The notes: a model not told the origin generated them from the letters alone. Numbered from the stretch's first letter, positions 10,498 to 23,460 are shown. The stretch is 40,039 nt of DNA from Octopus bimaculoides (GCF_001194135.2 NC_068988.1:81972800-82012838), one strand, 5' to 3'. Made by a program: numbers and translations.

Positions 10498-11034
10498 TTT
10501 TTAGTCCCAGGCAGCGGTGTAACTAGAATGTGTACCGTCAGAGGCAGCACTACAGTTTGCCGCCCCTCGGGCCCCCCACAAAAAATACATATTGCACAGT
10601 GAATATATCGACTGTTTCATTTAACAGTGAGTAGTGTCCGTCCCGACATGAAAACCACTATTACTCCACTCTAACTACGCTAATGGTCCCAGGCTGACCC
10701 TCAACGAACAATTGATGACTAAAGGTGCCACAGTCATTACCATTCCGTTTTTCTTTCCCAGATTACATTAGCCAGTGTCTTTGCTTATGATGATAGAATA
10801 TGATTTGGAGGAAATTTCACTGCTATTTCAAGGAGGTTGAATGACCGTATAGGGTTTCCTTTATTGATCACCAGAGGTCAGCTACCCAGTGTATACTTAA
10901 AGCAGTGACAGACTATGCCACATAGGAGTTCAGTGCTAATGACTTGATGTGGTTTGCTGTCAATAAGTAAGGGCTTCAGTGTATTGCTTTGCTTATTATA
11001 GTATTAAACAGTCCTGAAGCGACCACATATTGTT

Positions 11035-11240
11035 TCTTATTGAGGCACAAGACCTGCCATTATAGGGGGAGGGGAAGTCGATTACATGGAGCACCAGTAT
11101 TTGTCTGGTGCCTCATATAATTGACCCCAAAAGATGAAAGGCAAAGTAGATCTTGATGGGATTTGAACCCAGAATATAAAGAACTGGAATGGATGTCGCA
11201 AGACATTTCTTTCACTGCTATATCGATTCCATCAATTCAT
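11035..11240 (-). mobile_element. Nin/Deu-like SINE, degenerate
   Basis: GGCACAAGACC..GTCGATTACAT..GACCCCAAAAGATGAAAGGCAAAGT..GGATTTGAACCCAGAA is the reverse complement of the family pattern. Confidence 0.7.
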
Positions 11241-12125
11241 AGGCAGAAACGGTGGTAGTTTCCGACTAATTTAATTTTATCTATGTTTTAAATTAAAACT
11301 CTACAAAGGTAGGTGTGGCTTTTATCTCCTTGAGACCCGGACATAATACCTGTAATGTCATAGGTTCAATCTACCATACGACAGCAGGTCTAAAATTTAC
11401 TTTCAGTCATCGTAGTGGCTCCGAGGCGGTTTTCATTTTAACTATTTCACTTTGAGTCATAACGTTAATTCTGTGCTGCTGAAGAGCAAATTGAATTTCA
11501 TTAAATTCGGAGTCAACAGAACCATCGGTCATTTATGGTCCTAAATATCTCATTACAAAAGTAAAGAAGACGATCATCTCTATTTATCATACTTGCGTGA
11601 CATAAATAAACGATCTAATGATTGATGGATTGATTGACGAGGTGACGAACGGAAAGACACAAAACAAATCGAAGGTTCACAGATTTTTATATCGTGTCCC
11701 ATAATATTAATGAGATAACTGTAAATAGAGAAAACAGTTCCAAGATAATTCTCTCACACCAGATCGAATTTCTTCCCAGAACAGCGTCTCATTTCTCAAT
11801 ATTTTTCACCATTTGTATGATCTTCAGCAATTCAATAAAGTTTGTTTGGGGTTCAAACCACCTTTGAGGCCATAATCGTATTAAATTAACTCATTTTGAC
11901 TTTACCACTGACTCAAGAAAACAAATAATTGAAAGATGGGGATAAACAACATATTCGGCAATCATTCTCAGTTCGGTAGAAAAATTATACCAAAGGAAAT
12001 AAATTATGTCTTCTCAAAGAGAAAACCAATTTATCAAAGAAAGCAGGAATAACGAAACACAAGAAATATCAAGGAACATATTTTCAAAAGATAACACACA
12101 CCACACACTCATAGGTTATATAATA

Positions 12126-12176
12126 TATGTTTGTGTGTGTGTGTGTGTGTGTGTTTTTGTATATATATATATATAC

Positions 12177-12236
<60 letters not shown>

Positions 12237-12339
12237 ACACATGCACACACACACGCACATATATATATCTGTATATATATGTATATATATACAAATATAT
12301 TTATATATACATATTTATATAAACAATGATTACATGCAC

Positions 12340-12370
<31 letters not shown>

Positions 12371-12501
12371 CATATATATGTATGTATATATATATATATA
12401 TATATATACATATATATACATATATACAGATATATACATATATACATATATATACATATACATATATATATACACATATATAAATACATATATATATATG
12501 C

Positions 12502-12535
<34 letters not shown>

Positions 12536-12565
12536 GCATGCATATATACACACATATATATATTC

Positions 12566-12598
<33 letters not shown>

Positions 12599-12723
12599 CA
12601 TGTACATACATATACATATATCTACATATATGCATATATATTTATCAACATATATGCATATAGATTTATCTACATATATACATCTATATCTACATATATA
12701 CATATACATTTCTACATATATGC

Positions 12724-12755
<32 letters not shown>

Positions 12756-12800
12756 ATATAAATAAATAAATATATATATGTATATATATATATATTAAAC
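12126..12800. repeat. (TG)n, (CA)n and degenerate (TA)n microsatellite block
   Basis: Read directly; source of the many YIYI/CVCV ORFs. Confidence 0.95.
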
Positions 12801-13419
12801 ATACGCATGTATTTGTATTCCTTCCATTCTTCGATAGTGTTTTATTTCATTTTATCTTTTATTTCTTTAATGACTGAATAAGTATTGATCGGCTTGTAAT
12901 TATATTAAGAAATCCCAAACAGCTTGATGTTTCCGTAACCTCCGTTAGAATAAAAAGATCTCAATTAATACACTGTACAACAATCCAAAATGGAAAATAT
13001 TCGACTTGTGCTGTCAGCAAGTTTCTAGCAACAGACTATCTTTACAAATGTTTCCGAGTAAAACGAAATACTTGCGAATCTACAATCTCAAGTGGAAACC
13101 TTTTAGTTACTGATAATGTATTAAGTGTATGTTAGAAGCCTACAGACAGACAGTAATGTAATGTAAACACGTTTTGTCATACCGTTTCTGTAGTTAATGG
13201 CAATTTTACTTTACTCAAGGCAATGAAACATTGTTCCAATCAGGCTAAATAATACTGAGTTTTAGAAGCAGTCAACGAAAATTGTCCAACGACCATTGTT
13301 GCAATATCATTTTTATTCCGGTTAAGTGTAGTATTAAAAACGTCTAGTTAGTTTTTCAAATGACTTCAAGGAATCTTAACGTAAGATCGTACGATATTAA
13401 TGTGTGTGGGAGTTTATAT

Positions 13420-13639
13420 AAAGGGGAGATGGGGCTGAGGAGAGGGAGGAAATGAGGAAGAGAGTAGGAGAGGTGGAGAGAAAACAGAGGAAGAAGGGAA
13501 AGAATGGGAGTTGAAGAGAAGGGAAGAGGTGAGTGGTTTTATCTTTTGGCTTTGATTATAGAAAACCTTACAATTAAGATTTCATTAGGTCATCTTAAAA
13601 TAGCTCGACGTACAAATATTATGCCTAGTTAGTTTAAGA

Positions 13640-13695
<56 letters not shown>

Positions 13696-13702
13696 GTACA
13701 TA

Positions 13703-13775
<73 letters not shown>

Positions 13776-13840
13776 TATATATATACACATACATACATAC
13801 ATACATACATACATACATACATACATGTACATACATATAT
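13420..13840. repeat. Purine-rich GA tract (about 13420-13530) and compound (GATA)n/(TA)n/(ACAT)n (13641-13840)
   Basis: Read directly from the sequence. Confidence 0.9.
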
Positions 13841-14832
13841 GGGGGCATGAGGAAAGGAATAGACAAGGAGAGGAAAAGAGAGAGAAATCCGTCGGTTTTA
13901 AGGAAACCATAAGAAATAAATATTTAGAAATAATTTAATAAGATAATTGTGCCTGAAAGGAAGTAATTTAGATGAAATATCTCTACATTATGGGACATTT
14001 CTGTATACAAGATAATCATTTACGTCATCTAAAAGGGTACTTTAGTTTTTAAGCTATCGCCGATCGATATCTTCTTATCAGATTGAGTGCAAAGTCAATA
14101 AGAACTTGAAATCTATCGTCTTTGTGGTGGCGTTGAAGTAGTTAGTTACATGATGTTGCTGAGCTATTTCGAAATTATATTGAATCAACGGTTTTGTTTC
14201 GCAATATATATTTATAGAGAAAATGAAAGCGAAGTCGGAAAATATCAAAGAATAAAGCTGTTTGAAAAATAAACAGCTTCGGCTATAATAAGAGGAGGAT
14301 ACATGTTTTATAACAATAGTCATTAATGACAACCCTATCTTTCGATACGGTGGTATTTGATATGGACAAGCATTATAGATACCTCGGAGGAAAAACTATG
14401 AATAAATATATCGTACTGCCTCTGTGCTAAGAATATAACATTTCCGTGATAAGTAGTGGCTATTGCTGGTCGGTAACTAAGATCTAAATATATAGGTGAT
14501 TAGGATACCCCACGATCTTCTTATAAAATAGGCCAATCTTCAAACAAAAGGTCAAAACTGTATTTGGTCTATGGAATATTACGAACAGAGATCCGGTTCC
14601 GCAAGAACTTTTGGGAAATCAAGCTGACACTTGCACTGTGCTAGTTTGGAAAGGTGGCTTCGATCAAAGCCTTGGGGTTGACCAAACATTATACAGGCAA
14701 TTTAATAGACAGGAACTACGCAGGAGCCGTTCATGTGCGTGAGTGTGTGATTACATGTATATACATGAATACATACATGTTAATATATATATATATTTAT
14801 AACACGCACCCCCACTCCCAAGCATATATATA

Positions 14833-15200
14833 NNNNNNNNNNNNNNNNNNNNNNNNNNNNNNNNNNNNNNNNNNNNNNNNNNNNNNNNNNNNNNNNNNNN
14901 NNNNNNNNNNNNNNNNNNNNNNNNNNNNNNNNNNNNNNNNNNNNNNNNNNNNNNNNNNNNNNNNNNNNNNNNNNNNNNNNNNNNNNNNNNNNNNNNNNNN
15001 NNNNNNNNNNNNNNNNNNNNNNNNNNNNNNNNNNNNNNNNNNNNNNNNNNNNNNNNNNNNNNNNNNNNNNNNNNNNNNNNNNNNNNNNNNNNNNNNNNNN
15101 NNNNNNNNNNNNNNNNNNNNNNNNNNNNNNNNNNNNNNNNNNNNNNNNNNNNNNNNNNNNNNNNNNNNNNNNNNNNNNNNNNNNNNNNNNNNNNNNNNNN
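14833..15200. other. Assembly gap followed by (GA)n
   Basis: N run. Confidence 1.
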
Positions 15201-15589
15201 GAGAGAGAGAGAGAGAGAGTGCTTGCATGCGTACACGTTTGCCGGCAACTGAAAATTCGTTCGAGCTGCGTGTCTTTTCTCACATAAAACCAACCACCAA
15301 CCATAATATTCAGTTTTAATGAAACATATTTATTTCCATATTGAGGTAAGGAAGGTTACCTGCTGAAGGCTGTGATGCTTAATGTCAGTAGCATTAGTGC
15401 ATAATGTATGAGAATGTATGTTTGACGATAGAAAATGTAAGTTTTCATGCTTGGTGAGGTTGTCGAAGTGACATGGCAGACGACGATAACATCTACGAGT
15501 CGACAAAACATGCTGCCAGGAATTGAACTTACAACTTTATCATCATGAGCTAAATATACCTAACCACTAAGCCAAGTACCTTCACAAAA

Positions 15590-15992
15590 GAATACACACA
15601 CACACGCACGCACATGCACACACACACGTGCACACACACACACACACACATATATAAAAGAGAGAGAATGAGATGAGCAAAGAGAGAAGAAGGAGGAGGA
15701 GGAGGAGAAGAAGAAGAAGAAGAAGAAGAAGAAGAAGAAGAAGAAGAAGAAGAAGAAGAAGAAGAAGAAGAAGAAGAAGAAGAAGNNNNNNNNNNNNNNN
15801 NNNNNNNNNNNNNNNNNNNNNNNNNNNNNNNNNNNNNNNNNNNNNNNNNNNNNNNNNNNNNNNNNNNNNNNNNNNNNNNNNNNNNNNNNNNNNNNNNNNN
15901 NNNNNNNNNNNNNNNNNNNNNNNNNNNNNNNNNNNNNNNNNNNNNNNNNNNNNNNNNNNNNNNNNNNNNNNNNNNNNNNNNNNNNNNNNNNN
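15590..15992. repeat. (CA)-rich tract, (AAG)n to 15785, then gap 15786-15992
   Basis: Read directly from the sequence. Confidence 0.95.
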
Positions 15993-16238
15993 GACGAACC
16001 CTGCTGTACTCTTTCACCACAACTTTCTCTCACTCTTTCTTCCTGTTTCTGTTGTGCCTGTAATTCAAAGGGTCAGCCTTGTCACACTGTGTCACGCTGA
16101 ATATCCCCGAGAACTACGTTAAGGGTACACGTGTCTGTGGAGTACTCAGCCACTTGCACGTTAATTTCACGAGCAGGCTGTTCCGTTGATCGGATCAACT
16201 GGAACCCTCGACGTCGTAAGCGACGGAGTGCCAACAAC
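15993..16238 (+). mobile_element. 3' half of a SINE with an RTE-like tail
   Basis: Recognised tail GTTGATCGGATCAACTGGAACCCTCG..GACGGAGTGCCAACAAC; the 5' part is lost in the gap. Confidence 0.6.
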
Positions 16239-16239
16239 T

Positions 16240-19200
16240 ACCCAAAGAACAAAAACTCAACAACATATACATATAAAATATAGAAGAAAAATAACCTAAT
16301 TAAAGACCTGGATAGAGTAATGGATCCTAATAAACTAGCTAACATACGAAGATATATTCTCAAAGCAAAAAAAAAATATCAGAAATAGAAATAGAAAAAA
16401 TACATCTGGGAAATGTAGATAGTAGCCACACAACAATACTAAATAATATAAACACTGAGATAGTAAAACACGAGGACAAGCGTGGCATTTCCAGCAACAG
16501 CGAAGTAGACAGGGGACAACAGATCCAGACCGTAGAGATGTATAATAGTGTACAAAAAGCACCAATCCAGAAGACCTCAGACAAACATATGAATGAAAAG
16601 GAAGGCAAAACAAATCTAAAGCCTGGGAATAACGAAGGGAAACCTAATAATTACGATACTATGAAAATGAGAATAACCAAAGAACTGAAAACCACAGATC
16701 TTAGAATGGACCACAGATTATACCTCCCAAAAATCAAAATAGACAATAAAACAACATCAATTATAAATAGCATAAACTTGGCCGTCACGGAACTAATAGC
16801 CACAGAAACAAATGGCAATATCACTGAGATAAATGACATAATATATGCAGCAGCCACTGCAGCCACAAAAGAAGCAGGATACTCCCTCAAACCCACCCAA
16901 ACAGGAGTTCCACCGCCCAAACAAACCCTGTGGCTAAATAATATCAAAAAAAAAATTTTTAAGAGGAAAGATCTGTCGATTCTTAACGAAATTAGTAGAT
17001 AATCAACACTACTAAGTAACAAGAAGAAAACAAAAATACTGTACAAATACAACATAACAGAAAAAGATTTACCTGAGGTAAAAGAAAAGCTAAAGCAAGA
17101 TATCCTTGCCAAAGCACAAAGGATCCGCCGGTATGAGAAACGCCAAAATTTCTTTGAACAAAACAACCAGTTCAACTACAACCCCAAAAAATTCTACCAA
17201 GAACTTGGTAAAAATAAAATAGACATTACTGCAGCACCAACAGCAGAAGAAGTGGAAGAATTTTGGAAAGAAATATGGTCGGTAAAGGAACAACCTCAGA
17301 AAAGGACTATTAAACCAACGAACTTAGCACCTGAGCAACTCTGGACCCCTATAACAACCGAAGAGATCACCCAGGCACTACAAAGACTAAGCAACTGGAA
17401 GGCACCTGGACACAACAAGATCCCCAACTTCTGGTTAAAATATCTAACAGGGATATACAAAAAGCTGGCTGAAAACTTTAACGACATACTAGCAGAGCCA
17501 GAGACAATGCCTGAATGGCTCACGAAACAGCAAAACCACAAAACTACAGACCTGTAACCTGTCTCCCTACAATCTAAAAAGCCTTTATTTCAATAATATT
17601 GCAGAGATTGAGTAAGCACCTGGAAGAAAACAACCTGTTTCCAGAAGAGCAGAAGGGATGCTGCAAGGGCTGATACGGCTATAAAGATCAATTAATGAGC
17701 AATAAAGCCATAACTGAAGACAGCCGCATAAAGAAGAAAGGCCTCAGTATGGCCTGGATCGACTACCCCACACGTGGATCCTCGAAACACTAGCCATAAA
17801 CAAGGTATCACAAATAATTATAAAATACATAAGACACTCTATGAATAAATGACAGACAGTGCTACAGCTCCAAACAAAAGAGGGACTCGTGAAAACGAAA
17901 GCCATCCCCATTAGAAGAGGAATATTCCAGGGAGACACGCTCTCTCCACTCCTGTTCTGCTTGGCACTCACACCTTTATCTGACATGCTAAATAGAACTG
18001 GATGCGGGTGTAAATGTTACGGCAAAAGAATCAGCTACTTTTTATATATGCATGACCTAAAACTATACGCTTCAGATAATAAACAGCTGGAAACACTACT
18101 ACAGACAGTACATGGATTTACCAAAGAAATAGATATGAAATTTGGATTAGAAAAATGTCCCAAAGCAACCCTGAAAAGAGGAAAACTAGTTAAGAGTAGC
18201 AACATCACACTACATAAAGCCAATGAAATAAGAGAATTAGACCAAAGCCAGAGATACAAATATTTACGAATCAATGAACTAGATAGAATATAACACACAC
18301 AAATGAAAGATAAAATAAAGAAAAATACTATAGACTAGTTAGATCAATACTGAAAACAGAGCTCAATGCTAAAAACAAGATAATAGGTATTAACACTTTA
18401 GCCGTCCCAGTTATAAGTTATAGCTACAATATCCTTAACTGAACACTAAATGAACTAACGAAAATAGACAGGAAAACAAGAAAAACAATGACAGGATCTA
18501 GGATGCACCACCCAAAATCTGACATAGAAAGACTATATATATACAACGTACAGAAGGTGGTAGAGGCTTTATATAGCTGGAAAACTATTATAAAATAACC
18601 ACCACAGGACAGCAAAAATACCTACTTCAGAAGCAAGGAAAACTAATACAAATAGCCACAAAACACGAACAAAACAAAAAAACTGTTTTCAGTATTTAAG
18701 AAAGCTGACAAATACAAACAAGAAATCATACTACCTAACAAATATCAAGGAGAAGAAGAAACAACAAAAGCTATAAAACAAATAAAATCCAGACTAAAAC
18801 TAGAACAGCAACGGACCATGATAAAACGATGGCAAGAAAAGCCCCTTCATGGCAAATACTGGGTTAAACTAAATGCAAAAGAAATACGCAGAGAAAAACC
18901 CCAGCAATGGTTGAGAAGCTCAGGACTCAAAGCAGAGACTGAAGGAGTTTTAATTGCTGCACAAGACCAAAGCCTCCCCACCATAAAATTAACAAAAACA
19001 TATAATGAAAAGAAATATAACAAGTAACTGTGGAATATGTGACGATGGACAAGAAACAATAAATCATATTATCTCTGGCTACCCAGTCTTGGCTAAGAAG
19101 GAATATATTCACAGACACGACAGAGCTGGGACCTACATACACTGGAAGCTATGCCAACACTATGCAATAACAACAAAAAAGATGGTATAGGCACACACCA

Positions 19201-19625
19201 GAAAAGGTCACAGAAAACGAGAAAGTAACCATACTCTGGGATATGCCGATACACGCAGATAGAGAAATTAAGGCCAATAGGCCAGATATAGTTGTCAGAG
19301 ATCACGAAGAAAAAAAATGCTTTCTAATTAATGTTTCAATACCAGCAGATGACAACGTTTCTCTAAAAGAAATGGAAAAACTTTCAAAATGCAAAAACCT
19401 GGAAATAGAGGTTACTCGAATGTGGAGTCTAAAAACAGAAACAATTCCTATCATAGTAGGCGCCTTGGGTATGATAAAAAACATTCAGACAAATACATAA
19501 CAAAAACACCAGGACTTACAAATATATATAACATACAGAAAACTGCACTACTGGGCACTGCACACAGCCTACGCAAAACACTTTCAATACAGTAACCATA
19601 AGAGCATCACAGCATCACAGCATCA
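16240..19625 (+). pseudogene. Near-full-length R4/Dong subfamily A retrotransposon ORF (RT, CCHC, RLE) with frameshifts and stops
   Basis: MDPNKLANIRRYILKAKK; WKAPGHNKIPNFWLK; RRGIFQGDTLSPLLF; YMHD (from YMDD, 18045-18056); MKFGLEKC; CGICDDGQETINHIISG; ANRPDIVV..LINVSIP; LLGTAHSLRKTLSIQ*. Confidence 0.95.
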
Positions 19626-19635
19626 CATTGCCTCA

Positions 19636-20150
19636 CACAGACTTGGATGTTGCGACTTTTGGAAAATCTATAATAGTGTTTTCAATCCTGATAAGTCTCT
19701 TGTGCTCCCACTATTTGATGGTCTCAAATGTTCTAGATGCCTAGAGAAAGCTGACCTCTTTGCTCGTATTTTTTTCTTTTCCTTTTGTTATTAACTGTAC
19801 CCTTGTTGCTTCGGATGCACCTCTTCCTGGGTTTCTTTCTCATACAGAGCAGATTCTTGATAATGCAGTCATAATTCCTAACTTAGTTCCTAAGGTGATC
19901 TCTCAGCTTGATCAGTCTAAAAAATTTGACCCTGACAACATTCTTGTGATTGTCTTGACACTACGTGCTCCTGAAATGTCTAAGTCCTATTTTCTGTTGT
20001 TGTGCTTCCACGAATAAGGAGGAAGTCTTTCTATGGTCATAGCTTTTTTCCGCTCAAACTGCCAAACTTTGGAACTCTCTACCATCTCATTGTTTTTTAC
20101 CTTATTATGATCCAAACTCTTTCAAATCTAAAGTAAATTCACTCCTTTCA
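19636..20150 (+). mobile_element. CR1-clade LINE fragment with the RT core deleted
   Basis: DFWKIYNSVF..LPLFDG..KADLFARIF..KVISQLDQSKKFDPDNILVIVL, then the C-terminal SFF..TAKLWNSLP-like segment (CAAACTTTGGAACTCTCTACC). Confidence 0.7.
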
Positions 20151-20889
20151 TTTTAATTTCTCTTTTATCATAAGTCTAATACAAAGTAGTTTCTCGCTTT
20201 GTTTGAGACTGTCAAATAAAAAGTCAGAAATGTAGTGTATCAGAGGAAGTAGTAAATTATTGGTCACCAATAGTGCATAAAATAAGCAAAAATAAATAAA
20301 TAAGGATTGCAATTTTCAAAATATAATTCACCGAAAATGGAATCTTTTGCAGTTTTCGATAATCTATTGCAGTGTCAGATAAATTATATATCTAATCTTG
20401 AGAAATTCCATTCTATTTTATTTTAAAACTACAATGAATTTACGAGCGGAAGCATTATATATGTTATGGAAATTTCTTTTGGCCCTGATATGTGTCTCCT
20501 CAAAACATTGTTTGTTATCTTTTAATTACAAACCAGCAAAATCCTGTTAGAAGCTACCGGTTTTGAATAATGTCAGAGTATAAGCTAAAAGTTATCTCTA
20601 AGATTATCTCTATTAGATCTACGTGTATTTTTTATTAATGCCATTGAGCGCTTTACTTCATTTGACGAAGTTGCAGAGATAAAAGTCACATTCTATCTTA
20701 TGTGGTTGGTTTTGCAGGACTAGAAGCATTTGAAAGTCAAGAAATACCGGTAGTATAGCCTCTTATCAATATTATTAAACAGTTGGTCAGTTGATGTCAG
20801 AAAGCTAACAGTTTGTCGACCAATTAGCTTCCCCAGTATTTTAACACTTTCGCTTACTAACACTCTTCTACATTTAATATGCAGTACCA

Positions 20890-21125
20890 ACAAGGCAGTG
20901 AGCAAGCAAGATGCTTAGCGGCATTTCGTCCGTCTTTAAGTTCTGAGTTCAAATTCCACCGAGGTCGACTTTGCTTTTCATCCTTTTATCGACTCCGAAA
21001 GTATATTGATGGATATCAACATCCTTTCGGGGTCGATAAAATAAGAAGCAGTTCAGCACTGAGGTCAATGTAATTAGCTTACCCACATCCCCGAAATTGC
21101 TAGCCTTGTGCCAAAATTTGAAAGC
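20890..21125 (+). mobile_element. Nin/Deu-like SINE with an internal inverted duplication
   Basis: AAGGCAGTGAGC..GTTCTGAGTTCAAATTCCACCGAGGTCGACTTTGC..CATCCTTTCGGGGTCGATAAAATAAG..CCTTGTGCCAAAATTTGAA. Confidence 0.85.
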
Positions 21126-21190
21126 AGTATACAGAACAAACATACCTCAACTTACATCGTTTCGAGTTACTTCTTTTTCGAATTTACGTC

Positions 21191-21191
<1 letters not shown>

Positions 21192-21232
<41 letters not shown>
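21192..21232. repeat. Poly(T), 41 nt
   Basis: Read directly from the sequence. Confidence 0.95.
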
Positions 21233-21233
<1 letters not shown>

Positions 21234-22074
21234 TTTTGTTTTAAGAAATTTATAGAAAATATAAATCTCAACATTAATCGATTTACTCGACTTTATGACG
21301 ATTTCGCTGAACATATTCAAAAGCATAAGAATTTTAAAAACGAACACGTAAAAGCCAACGCTAACGTGAAAAATGAAATGAAATACATATGAAAATATGG
21401 ACAAACTATTTATTAAAACAGATATAAGCTAATAATTTTTTTTAATATTTTTTCGTGTTACGTCGTTTTTCGAATTAAGTTGCTTGCGTAGGAACTTATT
21501 ACCGACGTTAGTTGACGTAAGCCTGTATACGTATGTTCCAATCTATTTTATCTTCTTATCTTCTTTTTTCAACATCATTCGTTCCTCAACAAAAACAACC
21601 AATTACATTTGGTATAATCTTCACGCTGTTATTTTTCCCACTCATTATGACAATAATCTGTATCTAGTTTGGCTAATTATTCTCTAACTAGACTTATTTG
21701 TCATATAATAAGTCACTTCGAAAACATACTTCTGCCAACACGAATAATATCAGGAAACAGAGCGCGCATACAATAATAATTATAGCTTAACTTTTATCAA
21801 ATTTCTTGGTGTTTATACAAAATGATGAAATGAATATTAATTTTCCAAAAGAAAAGGTATCTATTACTGTAAAATGAAATTAACACAAATTTCTCTTTTG
21901 TATATCTATTTACAATAGATATATGTTATTATTTTTCTAAATGTTATCAAAACATTCACAATCTACTCCATCGAAAACCTACCTCTGTAAAATTTGAACG
22001 CTTCCCATAACTGTGTCATTTACTCCCTTACCTCCTCATCATCATCATCCCACGGCATTGTGGTAAATAAAGAG

Positions 22075-22310
22075 ATTATGACTTTACCTTTCATCCCTTT
22101 CGGGGTCGATTAAATAAGTACCAGTTGAGCACTGGAGCCGGCCGAGATCTACTTTGCCTTTCATCCTTTCGAGGTCGATAAATCAAGTACTAGTGAAACA
22201 CTGGGGTCGATATAATCAATTAGTCTCCTCCCTTAAATTTTCAGGCCTTTTGCTTTTAGTAGAGAGGACTATTATTGTTATCATTGTTATTATTGTTATT
22301 ATTATTATCT
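22075..22310 (+). mobile_element. Nin/Deu-like SINE with two tandem cores and an ATT/GTT tail
   Basis: CTTTCATCC(C)TTTCG(G/A)GGTCGAT..AAGTAC occurs twice (about 22082 and 22152). Confidence 0.8.
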
Positions 22311-22315
22311 TCTCT

Positions 22316-22735
22316 TTATCACAGGTTTTGTTGGAGCTCCTGGAGTCTTACATGCGTAGCAAGCTTGCTACCTGCAGCCTACAGTACCATGCTACCTGTT
22401 TTCAGTTATCTAATACTTTCTTGATTATTCTGGCCGTGCCAAGGAGGCAAATCTTTTGTAATAGTTCTACTGGGCACTCTATTGCAATTTCCTTTATATT
22501 CCTCTTGATGCCTTCTGATACTGTTCCAAAGGACCCGACAATAATTGGCACTATCTTCACCTTCCTTCTTCGTTTTCCATAGCCGGGCTATTTCGTACTT
22601 AAAAGGGTTGTTGTTATCTATGTTTTCGCCTTCCTTCTTGGCTATTCGTGGGTCAAAGGGGCGTGCAACATATTTCACAGTCACACACATCTCGCACTTC
22701 AGTGTATATGCCATACAGAGGTTTTAGTACCCACC
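22316..22735 (-). mobile_element. R4/Dong subfamily C 3' fragment
   Basis: TTATCACAGGTTTTGTTGGAGCTCCTGGAGTCTTACATGCGTAGC is identical to the sequence from 7891; RLE C-terminus on the minus strand. Confidence 0.9.
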
Positions 22736-22874
22736 TATCAATCAATTGTTCAAACGCATTTTGTTTTGCTATTGATTTCATCTTCTTTGCAACTACAGTT
22801 GTTCAACTTGGGTATTATGCATAAACTCGCTTGAACATTTTTTATTCTCCTTCATAAGAGGATAAAGCTTCTTG

Positions 22875-23127
22875 CGTTAGACGTTTCATGATATTTTGCC
22901 AGTCCAATAGCGGTGGTTTTGTAGGAGATTTCAAATTGGATCAAGCCACGACCCCCTTGAGCTCTGAGTAGGTAAAGACAATCTGTGTCTGCCTTTGAAC
23001 GGTGCATCTTATTGCAAGTCACCAGCTTACGGATTTTCCTGTCAATCTTCCTTATTTCGCTCATATTCCAGTTCAACACATTGTAAATAACAACCCGAAC
23101 TGCTAAGGAATTTATAGCTAACACCTT
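22875..23127 (-). mobile_element. R4/Dong post-RT fragment (B-like)
   Basis: KVLAINSLAV..KMHRSKADTDCLYLLRAQGGRGLIQFEISYKTTAIGL. Confidence 0.85.
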
Positions 23128-23460
23128 GCATAACTCTAATACCCCTTACAAGTGAACTTAACAGAACAGGGTATAGATATAAAATTGGCGACAAGAAAAT
23201 AAGTCATCTATTTTATATGGATGACTTAAAACTCTATGGCAAAGACGATAATGAGCTTGAAGGACTACAACGTATTGTGAAAGCATTCAGTGATGACATC
23301 GGGATGGAATTTGGTCTTGATAAATGTGCCGAGGCCACTTTCCAGAAAGGGAAGTTGAAGACTTCACATTCGGTAGTGTTGGATGTTGACACAGTCATAA
23401 AAGAACTCGGGCAGGAACAAATTTACAAATACCCCAGAATAAATGAGGGCTCTGACATTC
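23127..23460 (+). mobile_element. R4/Dong RT-core fragment (B-like), inverted relative to the adjacent piece
   Basis: CITLIPLTSELNRTGYRYKIGDKKISHLFYMDDLKLY..MEFGLDKCA..IYKYPRINEG. Confidence 0.9.

Noticed and set aside
10511-10580. CAGCGGTGTAACTAG..GCCGCCCC, resembling a non-autonomous DNA transposon end
   Set aside because: No matching second terminus or TSD found.
10790-10860. Possible decayed RTE or SINE tail
   Set aside because: Too short and diverged to support by eye.
12830-14750. Unique-looking DNA as host exons
   Set aside because: No convincing splice pairs or recognisable peptides in any frame.
21730-22015. Possible Tc1/mariner MITE remnant (TGTAAAATTTGAACG)
   Set aside because: No TIR pair identified.
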